Positions 52,077-62,906 of a DNA stretch of 64,000 bases are shown here, piece by piece (the first letter of the stretch is position 1; the number at the start of each line of letters is the position of its first letter). The stretch is taken from positions 416,001 to 480,000 of the forward strand of contig JBQTHB010000005.1 of assembly GCA_052390235.1 (NCBI GenBank), read 5' to 3'. The translations under genes and the position numbers were made by a program. The notes under the pieces are model-generated. The model ran no database searches. It worked only from the letters and a program-made list of their open reading frames with translations, and had not been told where the DNA came from. This stretch comes from Deltaproteobacteria bacterium (GTDB lineage Bacteria > Desulfobacterota_D > UBA1144 > Nemesobacterales > CSP1-2).

Positions 52077-55000
52077 ATGAGTTTCATCACAGAAAGCGAA
52101 ATAGAACAAATTGCGTTGGATATTCTAAGTAACGACTTGGGATATACCGTGCTTTATGGTCCTGATATTGCCGAAGGTGACAGAAAAGAAAGAGATTATA
52201 CCGAAGTGGTTTTGCAACAGCGTTTGAGAACTGCTATTGACAAATTCAATCCCGCCATTCCCGAAGAAGCCAGAGAAGAAGCACTAAAAAAAGCGTTACG
52301 AACTGTTACCGTAAGTTTAGCCGACAACAATGAGCATTTTCATAGAATGCTCACCGAAGGCGTTGATGTGAAATTCAGCATTGGCGAAGGCAAAACCAAA
52401 ACCGATAAAGTTTGGCTCATTGATTTTGAAAACCCTAACAACAACGAGTTTTTAGCCATCAATCAATTTACGGTAGTTGAAAATCACCCCGCCAGTCGCG
52501 GGGCAGGCATTAACAAACGACCTGATATTGTTTTGTTCGTAAACGGTTTGCCATTGGTGGTCATTGAATTGAAAAATGCTACTGATGAAACAGCCGATGT
52601 AAAAGCCGCATACAACCAACTGCAAACCTACAAGCAATTAATTCCTTCACTTTTCAACTACAATACTTTTCTATTGGCAAGCGATGGTTGGTTCGCCAAA
52701 GCAGGAACATTGAGCAGCGATTACAGCCGCTTTATGGAATGGAAAACCGCAGACGGCATCACCGTTGTTGACAGCCAGCGTGAGCCCGAAATGGAACCAA
52801 TGATTAAAGGTTTGCTCAACAAGGCAACTTTGTTAGATGTCATTCGCCATTTCATTGTATTTGAAAAAACGAAAGAAAAAACCATCAAGAAAATTGCAGC
52901 ATATCATCAATATTATGCTGTAAACAAAGCTATTGAAAGTACCGTCAGAGCAGCATCACCGCCAGTAAATGTTGCCAACGAACCGCCCAATCATTTTGGT
53001 TTGCCAACTGTGAAAGACCAACCGCAAGGCGACCATCGAGCAGGTGTAGTTTGGCATACACAAGGAAGCGGAAAAAGTTTGAGTATGGTTTTCTATACCG
53101 GCAAATTGGTTTTAGCCGCAGCAATGAACAACCCTACTATTTTGGTGCTCACCGACCGAAATGATTTAGACCAACAACTATTTGAAACATTTGGCAACTG
53201 CGAACAACTCATCAGGCAAAAACCAAAACAAGCCGAAAGCCGAGATGATTTAAAAGACAAACTTTCTGTTGCGTCGGGTGGTGTAATTTTTACAACCATT
53301 CAAAAGTTTTTACCCGAAACGCAAGGAGCAAAATATCCTGAACTAACCATTCGCAGAAATATTGTGGTGATTGCAGATGAAGCCCACAGAAGTCAATACG
53401 ATTTTATTGATGGCTTTGCCAAAAATATGCGGGATGCTTTGCCCAATGCCACATTTATTGGTTTTACAGGCACACCCATTGAAAAAGAAGATAAAAACAC
53501 ACAAGCAGTTTTCGGAAACTACATTGATGTGTATGACATTCAGCAAGCCGTTTTAGATGGTGCAACGGTTCGCATTTATTATGAAAGTCGTTTGGCAAAA
53601 ATTGAACTAAGCGAAAGCGACCAAGAAATATTAGACCAGCGAGTTGAAGAAATTACCGAAAATGATGAACTGACCGAAAAACAAAAACGCTATGCAAAAT
53701 GGGCAAGTAAAGAAGCCGTTGTTGGCAGTGTTCAGCGATTAAAGCAAGTGGCGTTGGATTTAGTTACACACTTTGAACAACGACTTTCAGCCGCAGACGG
53801 CAAAGGAATGATTGTGTGTATGAGCCGTAGAATTTGCGTAGAACTGCAAAATGAAATCATCAAACTAAAACCACATTGGTATGATGCAGCAGACGACAAA
53901 GGAAAACTTAAAGTGATAATGACAGGTTCGGCTTCCGACCCTTTGGATTGGCAGGAACACATCAGAAACAAACCAAGAAGAAAAGCTATTGGCGACCGTT
54001 TGAAAGACCCGAAAGATGAATTGAAATTGGTAATTGTTCGTGATATGTGGCTCACAGGTTTTGATGCACCTTGTTTGCACACACTTTACATTGACAAGCC
54101 AATGAACGGGCATAACCTGATGCAAGCCATTGCAAGGGTTAATCGTGTGTTTGGTGACAAAGACGGTGGACTTGTTGTTGACTACATTGGCATTGCACAA
54201 GATTTGAAAAAAGCATTGGCTATTTACACCGAAAATCAAGGCAAAGGAAAATTGGCATTTGACCAGGAAGAAGCCGTTGCCAAAATGCTTGAGTTGTATG
54301 AATTGGTAGTTGATATGTTCGGTTCATTCGACTACCGTAAATATTTTGAACTTGACCCACGACTAAAACTGAATTTCATTTTAGATGCCTCAAACTATTT
54401 GTTGGAATTAAAAGACGAAGATGGAAGAAACGGAAAGCAGCGTTTCAAAGACCACGTTACCAATTTATCAAAGGCATTTGCTATTTCTGTTCCACATCAA
54501 AAAGCATTTGAGATAAGAGATGATTTGGCTTTCTTCCAAGCCATAAAAGCAAGGTTTGCCAAGTTTGACGAAACACAGAAAAAACAAACCAACGAAGAAA
54601 TTGAAACAGCCATCAGACAAATTGTGAATGATGCAATCGTTTCAAAAGAAGTGATTGACGTATTTGAAGCAGCAGGAATTAAAAAGCCCGACATTTCAAT
54701 TCTTTCAGACGAGTTTATGGCAGAAATTCAGGGAATGCCAAGAAAGAACTTGGCACTTGAATTATTGAAACGATTGCTGAATAATGAAATCAAAAACCGT
54801 TCAAAGACCAATTTAATTCAAAGCAAAAAATTTTCTGAAATGCTGGCTCAAGCAGTTAAACGCTACCAAAGCGGACTGATTGAAGCAGCAGCCGTAATTG
54901 AAGAACTTATCAAACTTGCAAAAGACATTCGTGCAGCCGATCAACGTGGAGAAAAACTAAACTTACGGCAAGACGAATTGGCTTTTTATGATGCACTGGC

Positions 55001-55268
55001 AGACAATCCAAAAGCCGAAACCATTTTAGGTGACGACATTTTAAAAGCTATTGCACACGAACTGGTTGACAGCGTAAGACGAAACACAAGTATTGACTGG
55101 CAACTGAAAGAAAGTGTTCAAGCCAAGTTGAGAGTTTTGGTTAAACGCATTTTGCGTAAATACAAATATCCACCTGACGACCCCGAAACAGGCGAATACA
55201 ACGTTTCAGTTGCAAAAGTTTTAGACCAAGCAGAACTATTAGCAGAATATTGGACAAATGAGAAATAG
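52077..55268 (+). CDS. hsdR: Type I R-M restriction subunit
   Basis: [58 protein letters not shown]. Confidence 0.97.
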   Translation: MSFITESEIEQIALDILSNDLGYTVLYGPDIAEGDRKERDYTEVVLQQRLRTAIDKFNPAIPEEAREEALKKALRTVTVSLADNNEHFHRMLTEGVDVKFSIGEGKTKTDKVWLIDFENPNNNEFLAINQFTVVENHPASRGAGINKRPDIVLFVNGLPLVVIELKNATDETADVKAAYNQLQTYKQLIPSLFNYNTFLLASDGWFAKAGTLSSDYSRFMEWKTADGITVVDSQREPEMEPMIKGLLNKATLLDVIRHFIVFEKTKEKTIKKIAAYHQYYAVNKAIESTVRAASPPVNVANEPPNHFGLPTVKDQPQGDHRAGVVWHTQGSGKSLSMVFYTGKLVLAAAMNNPTILVLTDRNDLDQQLFETFGNCEQLIRQKPKQAESRDDLKDKLSVASGGVIFTTIQKFLPETQGAKYPELTIRRNIVVIADEAHRSQYDFIDGFAKNMRDALPNATFIGFTGTPIEKEDKNTQAVFGNYIDVYDIQQAVLDGATVRIYYESRLAKIELSESDQEILDQRVEEITENDELTEKQKRYAKWASKEAVVGSVQRLKQVALDLVTHFEQRLSAADGKGMIVCMSRRICVELQNEIIKLKPHWYDAADDKGKLKVIMTGSASDPLDWQEHIRNKPRRKAIGDRLKDPKDELKLVIVRDMWLTGFDAPCLHTLYIDKPMNGHNLMQAIARVNRVFGDKDGGLVVDYIGIAQDLKKALAIYTENQGKGKLAFDQEEAVAKMLELYELVVDMFGSFDYRKYFELDPRLKLNFILDASNYLLELKDEDGRNGKQRFKDHVTNLSKAFAISVPHQKAFEIRDDLAFFQAIKARFAKFDETQKKQTNEEIETAIRQIVNDAIVSKEVIDVFEAAGIKKPDISILSDEFMAEIQGMPRKNLALELLKRLLNNEIKNRSKTNLIQSKKFSEMLAQAVKRYQSGLIEAAAVIEELIKLAKDIRAADQRGEKLNLRQDELAFYDALADNPKAETILGDDILKAIAHELVDSVRRNTSIDWQLKESVQAKLRVLVKRILRKYKYPPDDPETGEYNVSVAKVLDQAELLAEYWTNEK

Positions 55269-55390
55269 GAAAATCCAACGCACAGGTGTAAGCACATTTG
55301 CAAGCCGCATAAGCCAACCGCACAACCCGATACGACACAGCGCAGTATTGACAATGGTTTGCAAAGACGGACGGACAAGAACGCCTCCGG

Positions 55391-55445
55391 TAACAGTACC
55401 TTTGCGTAATGGCGGGGCTGATGTGCTTCTATGATACTTTCATGC
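55391..55445 (+). repeat. Truncated attC-like element 8 closing the type I R-M block
   Basis: CCGGTAACAGTACCTTTGCGTAATGGCGGGGCTGATGTGCTTCTATGATACTTT, closely similar to the left half of element 7. Right arm absent. Confidence 0.8.
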
Positions 55446-55558
55446 CAAAATTCTTCTAGGCGGCAGGCGTGGCAGACTGGCAGAAAAGTAACCTTGCAAG
55501 AAAATAACAATGATGAAAAAATTATCATTTCAACCTTGGTCTCGGCAGTGATAATATC

Positions 55559-55802
55559 GCCTCCCTTTTGAGGCGTCTGCTACGGGTCTGAGTCAAATTG
55601 ACAACGAGGGGCGGAATTATTATACTAAGCCGCGCGCAATGACCAGATTTACGCGCCCATCGTAGTCGAGCAGGCAGCAGGGGCGAGAGGGCTTATGATA
55701 TATTCTCCCGTCTTCTGAGAGATAAAATTATATTCATAGGCTCGGCTATTAACGGCGCTGTCGCAGTCGCCCGGCTCCTGATACTTGAATCCGAGAACCC
55801 CG
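55559..55802 (+). pseudogene. Decayed duplicate of tig 3' end, clpP promoter and clpP 5' end
   Basis: Aligns by eye with 57192-57440 (shared GGGCTTATGATATATTCTCCCGTCTTCT and CTTGAATCCGAGAACCCCG) with substitutions and indels. Confidence 0.92.
55598..55626 (+). promoter_or_regulatory. sigma70 promoter (duplicated clpP promoter) upstream of tig
   Basis: TTGACA, 17 nt, TATACT. Confidence 0.7.
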
Positions 55803-55847
55803 CGTAGCAAGTTGCGATTGGAAAAAGATCTGCGCAGAGGTTATGAT

Positions 55848-55865
55848 TTCCGCAGTAATTTCGCA
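55848..55865 (+). repeat. Right copy of 18-bp direct repeat
   Basis: TTCCGCAGTAATTTCGCA, identical to 36658-36675. Confidence 0.9.
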
Positions 55866-55935
55866 TCGCAGAGTGATTCACCCGCGCCCGCGCCGTGCGG
55901 ATAAATAATAAAATTTCTGAGGAGTTTCCCAAGTC

Positions 55936-57246
55936 ATGAGAGTGAACGTAGAGTCGCCGAGCAGTACCGAGAAAAAAATCGAGGTTTTCATCCCCGCCGA
56001 GACGGTAACCGAAAAATTCAATACCGTATTCAAGGATTTTCAACAGAACGCAAAGGTTAAAGGATTCCGTCCCGGTAAAGTTCCCAACACTCTCATACAG
56101 TCAATGTTCAAGAACGATATAGTCAGCGAGGTTTCCACGAGGCTCGTGTCCGAATCCATCGAGGGGGCGATTAAGCAGTCCTCTCTCGCTCCAGTGTCAA
56201 AGCCCAATGTTACGCCTGATAAAGCGGCCAGAGACAGCGAATTCCACTATTCCGCTACGTTTGAAATCGTCCCCGAATTCACGCTTGGCGAGTACCTAGG
56301 GATTCCTCTCAAGAAGCAGACTCGCTCGGTAACTGAAGAGGACGTTGAGCGCGCCGTCCAAGGGCTAAGAGCGCGCGCCTCCGAGGCGAGGCCCCTAGAA
56401 CAGGAGCGCGAGGCGAGGGCTGGCGATTATGTGATAGTGGATTTCGAGGGAACTCTCGATGGCAAAGCCGTTCGAGACCTCAAAAAGGCGGACACCCAGT
56501 TTATTGTCGGCGAGGGGAAACTCATACCTGAGTTTGATACCAATATTTTGGGGATGAAGCCGGGCGAGGAGAAGGGGTTTCAGGTTCCCTATCCCGACGA
56601 CTTTCAAATATCCGAAGCCGCCGGCAGGGTGGTTGACTACAAGCTCAAGCTCAAGGAAGTGCGCCAGAGATATATACCCGAAGTAAACGACGATTTCGCA
56701 AAGGACTTAGGCCAGGAAAGCCTCGAAGAACTCAAGAAAAAGATAAGAGAGGAAATGGAGAGGAGAACCGAAGAGCATTCCCAAACGAAGCTCCGGGCGG
56801 ACATAATTAAAACCCTCCTCCACAGAACCCCATTTGATGTCCCCGCCAGCATAGTCATTACCGAAGCCAGCCGCATAAGGCAGGATTTTCTCTCCAGTCT
56901 CCAGCAAAGGGGCGTGCAGCAGCTTCCGCCTCTTACCGAGGAGATGGAGCGGACATTCGCCGAGCGCGCCCTCGTCAACGTTAAGGCGTCCCTCGTTGTC
57001 GAAGCCATTGCGGAGAGAGAAGGAATCCAAGTGGAGCAGTCCGAACTCGACGATAAAATCCGAGACATCGCCACTTCCTACGGGCTTCCCTTCGATAAAG
57101 CCAAAGAGGTCTATGGCAATAACGATAAACTCCTCGCCTCTCTGGAGGTGAACATAATTGAGGACAAAGTGCTTCGTTTTCTCATCGAGAGAGCCTCGGT
57201 TGAGGCGGCGGCTGAGGAACTGAATCAAATTGACAACGAGGGGTAG
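55936..57246 (+). CDS. tig: Trigger factor
   Basis: GFRPGKVP ribosome-binding motif, FKBP domain, upstream of clpPX. Confidence 0.96.
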   Translation: MRVNVESPSSTEKKIEVFIPAETVTEKFNTVFKDFQQNAKVKGFRPGKVPNTLIQSMFKNDIVSEVSTRLVSESIEGAIKQSSLAPVSKPNVTPDKAARDSEFHYSATFEIVPEFTLGEYLGIPLKKQTRSVTEEDVERAVQGLRARASEARPLEQEREARAGDYVIVDFEGTLDGKAVRDLKKADTQFIVGEGKLIPEFDTNILGMKPGEEKGFQVPYPDDFQISEAAGRVVDYKLKLKEVRQRYIPEVNDDFAKDLGQESLEELKKKIREEMERRTEEHSQTKLRADIIKTLLHRTPFDVPASIVITEASRIRQDFLSSLQQRGVQQLPPLTEEMERTFAERALVNVKASLVVEAIAEREGIQVEQSELDDKIRDIATSYGLPFDKAKEVYGNNDKLLASLEVNIIEDKVLRFLIERASVEAAAEELNQIDNEG

Positions 57247-57258
57247 AATTATTATACT
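57230..57258 (+). promoter_or_regulatory. sigma70 promoter of clpP
   Basis: TTGACA (57230-35), 17 nt, TATACT (57253-58), ATG 10 nt later with no SD. Confidence 0.75.
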
Positions 57259-57268
57259 AAGCTGAGAA

Positions 57269-57868
57269 ATGACCAGTTATGTGCCCATCGTAATCGAGCA
57301 GACAAGCAGGGGCGAAAGGGCTTATGATATATTCTCCCGTCTTCTAAAAGATAGAATTATATTCATCGGCTCGGCTATTAGCGACGCCGTTGCAGATGTT
57401 GTAATTGCCCAGCTCCTGTTTCTTGAATCCGAGAACCCCGATAGAGACATCTATATATATATAAATTCCCCTGGCGGACACGTTACGGCGGGGCTTGCCA
57501 TTTACGACACGATTCAATACATAAAGCCAGACGTTGCCACCATCTGCCTCGGACAGGCTTCTAGCATGGCGGCTGTGCTTCTGGCGTGCGGCGCAAAGAG
57601 CAAGCGGTTTGCTCTTCCGCACTCGCGCGTGATGATACACCAGGTGCTTGGGGGCTTCGAGGGTCAAGCCACAGACATTGAGATTCACGCAAAGGAGATT
57701 CTAAGGGTCAAAGCCGCCCTTAACCAAATCCTCGCCTCTCATACCGGACAGCCGATAGAGAGAATAGCAAAAGACGCCGAGCGGGATTTCTTCCTCACCG
57801 CCAAAGACGCGTTAGAGTACGGGTTGGTTGATGTTATAATTACGAAAAGGGAGGATACCGCAAAATGA
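57269..57868 (+). CDS. clpP: ATP-dependent Clp protease proteolytic subunit
   Basis: [29 protein letters not shown] (catalytic Ser), VMIHQ. Confidence 0.98.
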   Translation: MTSYVPIVIEQTSRGERAYDIFSRLLKDRIIFIGSAISDAVADVVIAQLLFLESENPDRDIYIYINSPGGHVTAGLAIYDTIQYIKPDVATICLGQASSMAAVLLACGAKSKRFALPHSRVMIHQVLGGFEGQATDIEIHAKEILRVKAALNQILASHTGQPIERIAKDAERDFFLTAKDALEYGLVDVIITKREDTAK

Positions 57869-59142
57869 CCACAAGACGCGACGCGAAAGACGGAAAACTG
57901 TACTGCTCGTTTTGTGGGAAGAGCCAAAAAGAGGTAAAAAAGCTCATCGCCGGGCCCACGGTTTATATCTGCAACGAGTGCATTGAGCTGTGCAATGAAA
58001 TCATCGCTGACGAAGATGCCAAGGAAAGCCATCTTAGAAAACGCTATTCCACCCTTCCCCTGCCGTCTCAGATTAAATCCTTTTTGGATGAATACGTGGT
58101 CGGACAGGATAGGGCGAAAAAAGTGCTTGCCGTAGCCGTGTATAACCACTACAAGAGGGTCGAACTCGGCTCCTACGCCGGAAAGAGAAGCGGAGACCTA
58201 GAGATTCAAAAGAGCAATATCCTTCTCATCGGGCCCACAGGATGCGGGAAAACCCTTCTCGCGCAGACCCTGGCAAAATTCCTCGATGTTCCCTTTACGA
58301 TAGTTGACGCCACGTGCTACACCGAGGCGGGCTACGTGGGCGAGGACGTGGAGAATATGATAGTGAGCCTCCTTCAGGCGGCTGACTACGACCTTGAAAG
58401 GGCTTCAAAAGGGATTATATATATTGATGAAATAGACAAACTCTCGCGTAAATCAGGAGACAGCCCCTCGATTACGAGAGATGTTTCTGGCGAAGGCGTG
58501 CAGCAGGCTCTACTAAAAATCATTGAAGGCACCAAGGCGAATGTGCCGCCCAAAGGGGGCAGAAAACACCCCCAGCAGGAGTTTATTCAGATTGACACAA
58601 CGAATATCCTATTTATTTGCGGCGGGGCTTTCTGCGGTATTGAGGAAACTATAGGGCGCAGAATCGGAGAGAAATCCATCGGGTTTGAAGCCAATTTAGG
58701 GGAAAAAGACCAAAGAGACCTAGGCGCGATACTCAGAGAAGTCCAGCCGGAGGATTTAACTAAGTTTGGCTTAATCCCCGAATTTGTAGGCAGGCTCCCC
58801 GTTGTAGCCACGCTCGACGAGCTTGACGAAAGCGCCTTTATAGAAATTCTCACGAAGCCGAAAAACGCGATTATAAAGCAGTTCAAAAAATTAATGGAAC
58901 TTGAGGGGGTCGATCTTGAGTTCACCGAAGACGCCCTCAACGCCATTGCCAAAGAGGCTATGAAGCGTAAGACCGGAGCAAGAGGGCTTAGGGCAATCAT
59001 CGAAGCCGTAATGCTCGACATATCCTACGAAGTGCCGCTTCTCAGCGGCGTTAGACGATGTATCGTGAACGAGGAGGTGATTCGAGGCACTAATAATCCC
59101 CTTTTCTTATACGAGGAAGAGAGGCGTCTTGGCTCTGCATAA
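57865..59142 (+). CDS. clpX: Clp protease ATP-binding subunit ClpX
   Basis: CSFCGK zinc finger, [25 protein letters not shown] loop. Confidence 0.98.
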   Translation: MTTRRDAKDGKLYCSFCGKSQKEVKKLIAGPTVYICNECIELCNEIIADEDAKESHLRKRYSTLPLPSQIKSFLDEYVVGQDRAKKVLAVAVYNHYKRVELGSYAGKRSGDLEIQKSNILLIGPTGCGKTLLAQTLAKFLDVPFTIVDATCYTEAGYVGEDVENMIVSLLQAADYDLERASKGIIYIDEIDKLSRKSGDSPSITRDVSGEGVQQALLKIIEGTKANVPPKGGRKHPQQEFIQIDTTNILFICGGAFCGIEETIGRRIGEKSIGFEANLGEKDQRDLGAILREVQPEDLTKFGLIPEFVGRLPVVATLDELDESAFIEILTKPKNAIIKQFKKLMELEGVDLEFTEDALNAIAKEAMKRKTGARGLRAIIEAVMLDISYEVPLLSGVRRCIVNEEVIRGTNNPLFLYEEERRLGSA

Positions 59143-59166
59143 AAGTTCTTTACAAGGAGAAGAAAA

Positions 59167-61602
59167 ATGCCAATGTTCTTTAAATTCGACGATGACAAAA
59201 AACAGGATATAGTCATGATCCCGTTGCTGCCACTCAGGGACGTAGTGATTTTCCCTCACATGGTGGCGCCTCTTTTCGTGGGACGCGAAAAATCCATACG
59301 CGCTCTCGAAGAGGCAATGAAGAAGGACAAAGAAATTCTACTAGCCGCCCAAAAAGACGCCAAGACCAACGATCCCAATGAAGAAGATATATATAAAATA
59401 GGCACAATAGGGACGATTGTTCAGATGCTCCGACTCCCAGATGGCACGGTAAAAGTGCTTGTCGAGGGGAAGAGAAGGGCGAAAATTATGCGCTACGTCC
59501 CGAATCCGAGTTTTTTCCTAGTTGAAGCCGAGAGGATTTCGGAAGACGAAAATCTAGGCGTCGAGACCGAAGCGCTTATGAGAACGCTGGTTACGGCTTT
59601 CGAGAACTACGTCAAGCTCAACAAAAAAATTCCCTCCGAAGTGCTTGTTACTGTCTCGGCAATTGACGAGCCTAGCCGATTAGCCGATACGATAGCCTCT
59701 CACCTTGGGTTTAAACTCCAGGATAAGCAGGAAATCCTCGAAGCCCTTAGCCCAGCGGACAGAATCGAGAAGCTCTATGAAAAAATGCAGTCCGAGCTTG
59801 AAATTCTCCAAATTGAGAAGAGAATCAGAACCAGAGTGAAAAAGCAGATGGAAAAAGCTCAAAAGGAGTACTATCTCACCGAGCAGATGAGGGCCATCCA
59901 AAAAGAACTCGGCGAAAAGGACGACCTCAAATCCGAGATTCAGGAGTTTGAAGATAAGCTCAAACAAAAGACCGTTCCCGAAGAGGTCGAACAGAAAATC
60001 AAGCGCGAAATAAAGAAATTGAAAACCATGTCTCCGATGTCTGCCGAGGCAACCGTTGTGAGAAACTATATTGACTGGCTTATCTCGCTTCCTTGGATAA
60101 ACGAAAAAACCGAAGACAGGCTAGATATTGACGAAGCCGTAAAAATTCTCGACGAAGACCACTACGGACTCGACAAGCCCAAAGAGAGAATTGTCGAATA
60201 CCTAGCCGTGCGAGCGCTGACAAAAAAACTAAAGGGCCCGATACTGTGCCTGGTAGGCCCTCCGGGAGTGGGCAAAACATCGCTGGCAAAATCCATTGCG
60301 CGCGCGATGGGAAGGAAATTCGTCAGAATATCCCTCGGCGGCGTAAGGGACGAAGCCGAAATCAGGGGACACCGCCGCACCTACATTGGCGCTCTGCCGG
60401 GGAAAATCATTCAGGGAATGAGAAAAGCGGGAACTTTAAACCCCGTGTTTCTCCTCGATGAGATTGACAAGCTCGGCATGGATTTCAGGGGAGACCCCGC
60501 ATCGGCTCTCCTAGAGGCGCTCGACCCGGAGCAGAATAAGAGCTTCAACGACCATTACATAGAAGCTGACTACGACCTATCAAACGTGCTTTTCATCACC
60601 ACGGCAAACATACTCCACACAATTCCATGGGCGCTTCAAGACAGAATGGAGATTATCAGAATCCCCGGATACACCGAGGAAGAAAAACTCCAGATAGCCA
60701 AGAAATTCTTAGTTCCAAAACAGGTTGAATCCCACGGGCTAAAGCCTGAGAACTTCCAGATTTCAGATAGCGGCATTCAAACCGTCATTAACCGCTACAC
60801 CCGTGAGTCCGGCGTAAGAACCCTTGAGCGCGAGCTCTCAACCCTCTGCAGAAAAATTGCCAGAGAGGTCGTGAAGAACGGACTCGACTATGCGTCGAAA
60901 ATCAGCGCCTCCTCCGTGGCGAAGTATCTGGGTATCCCCAAATTCCGATTCGGAGAAATCGAAGAAAAAGACCAGGTCGGCATTTCCACCGGGCTTGCAT
61001 GGACCGAGGTCGGCGGCGAGATTTTAACCATCGAGGTTTCCATAGTTCCCGGCAAGGGAAGCCTCACGATAACCGGAAAGCTCGGCGAGGTTATGCAGGA
61101 ATCCGCCCAAGCCGCTATGAGCTACGTTCGCTCCAGAGCCGAGAAACTGGGGCTTGAGCGATATTTCTATCAAAAAGTGGATCTGCATATTCACGTTCCC
61201 GAGGGGGCAACCCCTAAAGATGGCCCCTCAGCCGGTATTGCCATCGCTACGGCTATTGTCTCGGCGCTTACGAAAAAGCCGATAAAGCACGACGTAGCCA
61301 TGACCGGCGAGATAACTCTCCGCGGGCGGGTGCTTCCCATCGGCGGGCTTAAGGAGAAAATCCTAGCCGCCCACAGGGGCAGAGTGAAAACGGTAATCAT
61401 CCCCAAAGAAAACGAAAAAGACGTCAAAGACATCCCTCATAACATACTCAAGGATATAAAAATCAAATTGGTGAATCATGTAGATGAGGTTTTGAGCGAG
61501 GCTTTGGTGTCCGAAGAACCCGTGCTGAATCGGGATATAGTCGTCCCTCCCGGCGCCCTTCCGATTACCGAGGGGATGGGGACTAATGTAAGTCTCTCAT
61601 AA
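59167..61602 (+). CDS. lon: Lon protease
   Basis: [39 protein letters not shown]. Confidence 0.98.
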   Translation: MPMFFKFDDDKKQDIVMIPLLPLRDVVIFPHMVAPLFVGREKSIRALEEAMKKDKEILLAAQKDAKTNDPNEEDIYKIGTIGTIVQMLRLPDGTVKVLVEGKRRAKIMRYVPNPSFFLVEAERISEDENLGVETEALMRTLVTAFENYVKLNKKIPSEVLVTVSAIDEPSRLADTIASHLGFKLQDKQEILEALSPADRIEKLYEKMQSELEILQIEKRIRTRVKKQMEKAQKEYYLTEQMRAIQKELGEKDDLKSEIQEFEDKLKQKTVPEEVEQKIKREIKKLKTMSPMSAEATVVRNYIDWLISLPWINEKTEDRLDIDEAVKILDEDHYGLDKPKERIVEYLAVRALTKKLKGPILCLVGPPGVGKTSLAKSIARAMGRKFVRISLGGVRDEAEIRGHRRTYIGALPGKIIQGMRKAGTLNPVFLLDEIDKLGMDFRGDPASALLEALDPEQNKSFNDHYIEADYDLSNVLFITTANILHTIPWALQDRMEIIRIPGYTEEEKLQIAKKFLVPKQVESHGLKPENFQISDSGIQTVINRYTRESGVRTLERELSTLCRKIAREVVKNGLDYASKISASSVAKYLGIPKFRFGEIEEKDQVGISTGLAWTEVGGEILTIEVSIVPGKGSLTITGKLGEVMQESAQAAMSYVRSRAEKLGLERYFYQKVDLHIHVPEGATPKDGPSAGIAIATAIVSALTKKPIKHDVAMTGEITLRGRVLPIGGLKEKILAAHRGRVKTVIIPKENEKDVKDIPHNILKDIKIKLVNHVDEVLSEALVSEEPVLNRDIVVPPGALPITEGMGTNVSLS

Positions 61603-61623
61603 CGAGTATCAGGTTGAATATTC

Positions 61624-61662
61624 AAAAGGGGGCATCCCTGATATTACGGGGTGCCCTTTTTT
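61624..61662 (+). terminator. Intrinsic terminator after lon
   Basis: AAAAGGGGGCATCCC-loop-GGGGTGCCCTTTTTT. Confidence 0.75.
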
Positions 61663-61772
61663 ATTGATTTCTCACCGTAATCTGGACAACACAAATAATA
61701 TCAGTTATAAAATATGCCCGTCCTGCAGTTTGGGCGCGGGCAATCTTTGAAATTTATATAGTGTTTAGGCGC

Positions 61773-61847
61773 GGGCGGTTAGCTCAGTGGGAGAGCGCCT
61801 GCCTTACAAGCAGGAAGTCACTGGTTCAATCCCGGTACCGCCCACCA
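61773..61847 (+). tRNA. tRNA-Val(TAC)
   Basis: GGGCGGT...ACCGCCCACCA, anticodon arm CCTGCCT-TAC-AAGCAGG. Confidence 0.96.
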
Positions 61848-61855
61848 TAGATTAT

Positions 61856-61933
61856 GGGGTCGTAGTTCAGCTCGGTTAGAACGCTGGCCTGTCAAGCCAG
61901 AGGTCGCGGGTTCGAGTCCCGTCGACCCCGCCA
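61856..61933 (+). tRNA. tRNA-Asp(GTC)
   Basis: GGGGTCG...CGACCCCGCCA, anticodon arm CTGGCCT-GTC-AAGCCAG. Confidence 0.96.
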
Positions 61934-61938
61934 TTTAA

Positions 61939-62802
61939 TTAATATTTATAAAACCCTTTTCCAGTTTTTCTTCCTAAAAATCCTCCGCGAACCATCTGCC
62001 TGAGAAGCGGCGCGGCGCGGAATTTCGAGTCCTGAAATTCCTTGTACAGCGTGTCTATCACATCAAGCGTTACGTCCAGCCCTATTAAGTCAATCAGCGC
62101 AAGCGGCCCTATGGGTTGATTCGTGCCGAGCTTCATCGCCTTATCAATGTCCTCAGGCGTTCCCACGCCCTCTTCAAGCGCAAACACCGCCTCATTGAGC
62201 ATGGGAATCAGAATGCGGTTCACTATAAACCCCGGCGCGTCCTTTGTCTTGACCGGCTCTTTCCCAAGGGATTTAGCAAAATCATAGGCGAACTGTACCG
62301 TCTCCTCAGATGTGGCGAGGGTCTTTATAACCTCAACTAGCTTCATCACGGGAACGGGGTTGAAAAAATGCATCCCAACGATTCTCTCAGCCCTTTTCGT
62401 CGTTACTGCAATCTCGATGATCGGCAGGGAAGAGGTATTTGTCGCAATCACAATATCGGGGCGCACTGCGCCGTCCAGCTTCCTGAAAATCTCCTTTTTA
62501 ACCGCCATATTCTCAAACACCGCCTCGACAATTAAATCCACGTCCCCAAGATTCTCAAAGCTCGTCGTTGGGGCAATCCTAGATAAAATCTCCTTGCTTC
62601 CCTCCTCGCTCAACTCTCCTTTTTTCACGAGCCTCCCGAGGCTTCCGGTCATATTTTTTACGCCCCGCTCCAAAGCCGCATCCGAAATATCCACGAGCGT
62701 TACCTGTTTGCCGTTCTGAGCAAGCGTCTGAGCGATGCCCGAACCCATAGTTCCCGCGCCCACGACGCCTACTTTCTTGATATTCTCTACGATTAAAGTC
62801 AT
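61939..62802 (-). CDS. hbd: 3-hydroxybutyryl-CoA dehydrogenase
   Basis: GAGTMGSGIA, EAVFE, TNTSSL, GMHFFNP, PGFIVNR, GRKTGKGFY. Confidence 0.92.
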   Translation of the reverse strand: MTLIVENIKKVGVVGAGTMGSGIAQTLAQNGKQVTLVDISDAALERGVKNMTGSLGRLVKKGELSEEGSKEILSRIAPTTSFENLGDVDLIVEAVFENMAVKKEIFRKLDGAVRPDIVIATNTSSLPIIEIAVTTKRAERIVGMHFFNPVPVMKLVEVIKTLATSEETVQFAYDFAKSLGKEPVKTKDAPGFIVNRILIPMLNEAVFALEEGVGTPEDIDKAMKLGTNQPIGPLALIDLIGLDVTLDVIDTLYKEFQDSKFRAAPLLRQMVRGGFLGRKTGKGFYKY

Positions 62803-62906
62803 AGAATTCTCCTTATTATTGATATTAAAACCGGTATTATACCCAATGAAATCCAGCCTCCGCCGGTTTGAAACCCCGCGCCGGGCGAATTAAAATAATC
62901 TCTGCA

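Larger units (their letters stand above)
36658..55865 (+). mobile_element. AT-rich defence island: integron-like gene-cassette array between tRNA-Leu and tig
   Basis: Abrupt shift to AT-rich composition from about 36770 to 55530, all genes on +, attC-like repeats between genes, recombinase relic, bounded by an 18-bp direct repeat. Confidence 0.9.

Noticed and set aside
36884..55445. Repeats as a CRISPR array or simple terminators
   Set aside because: Units are 126 bp, divergent and separated by whole genes. There are no cas genes and no U-tracts after the stems.
36658..55865. Prophage or ICE integrated at tRNA-Leu
   Set aside because: No phage structural, replication or conjugation genes and no intact integrase next to the tRNA.
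55693..56043. 116-aa minus-strand ORF
   Set aside because: Antisense to the decayed clpP duplicate and the tig start.
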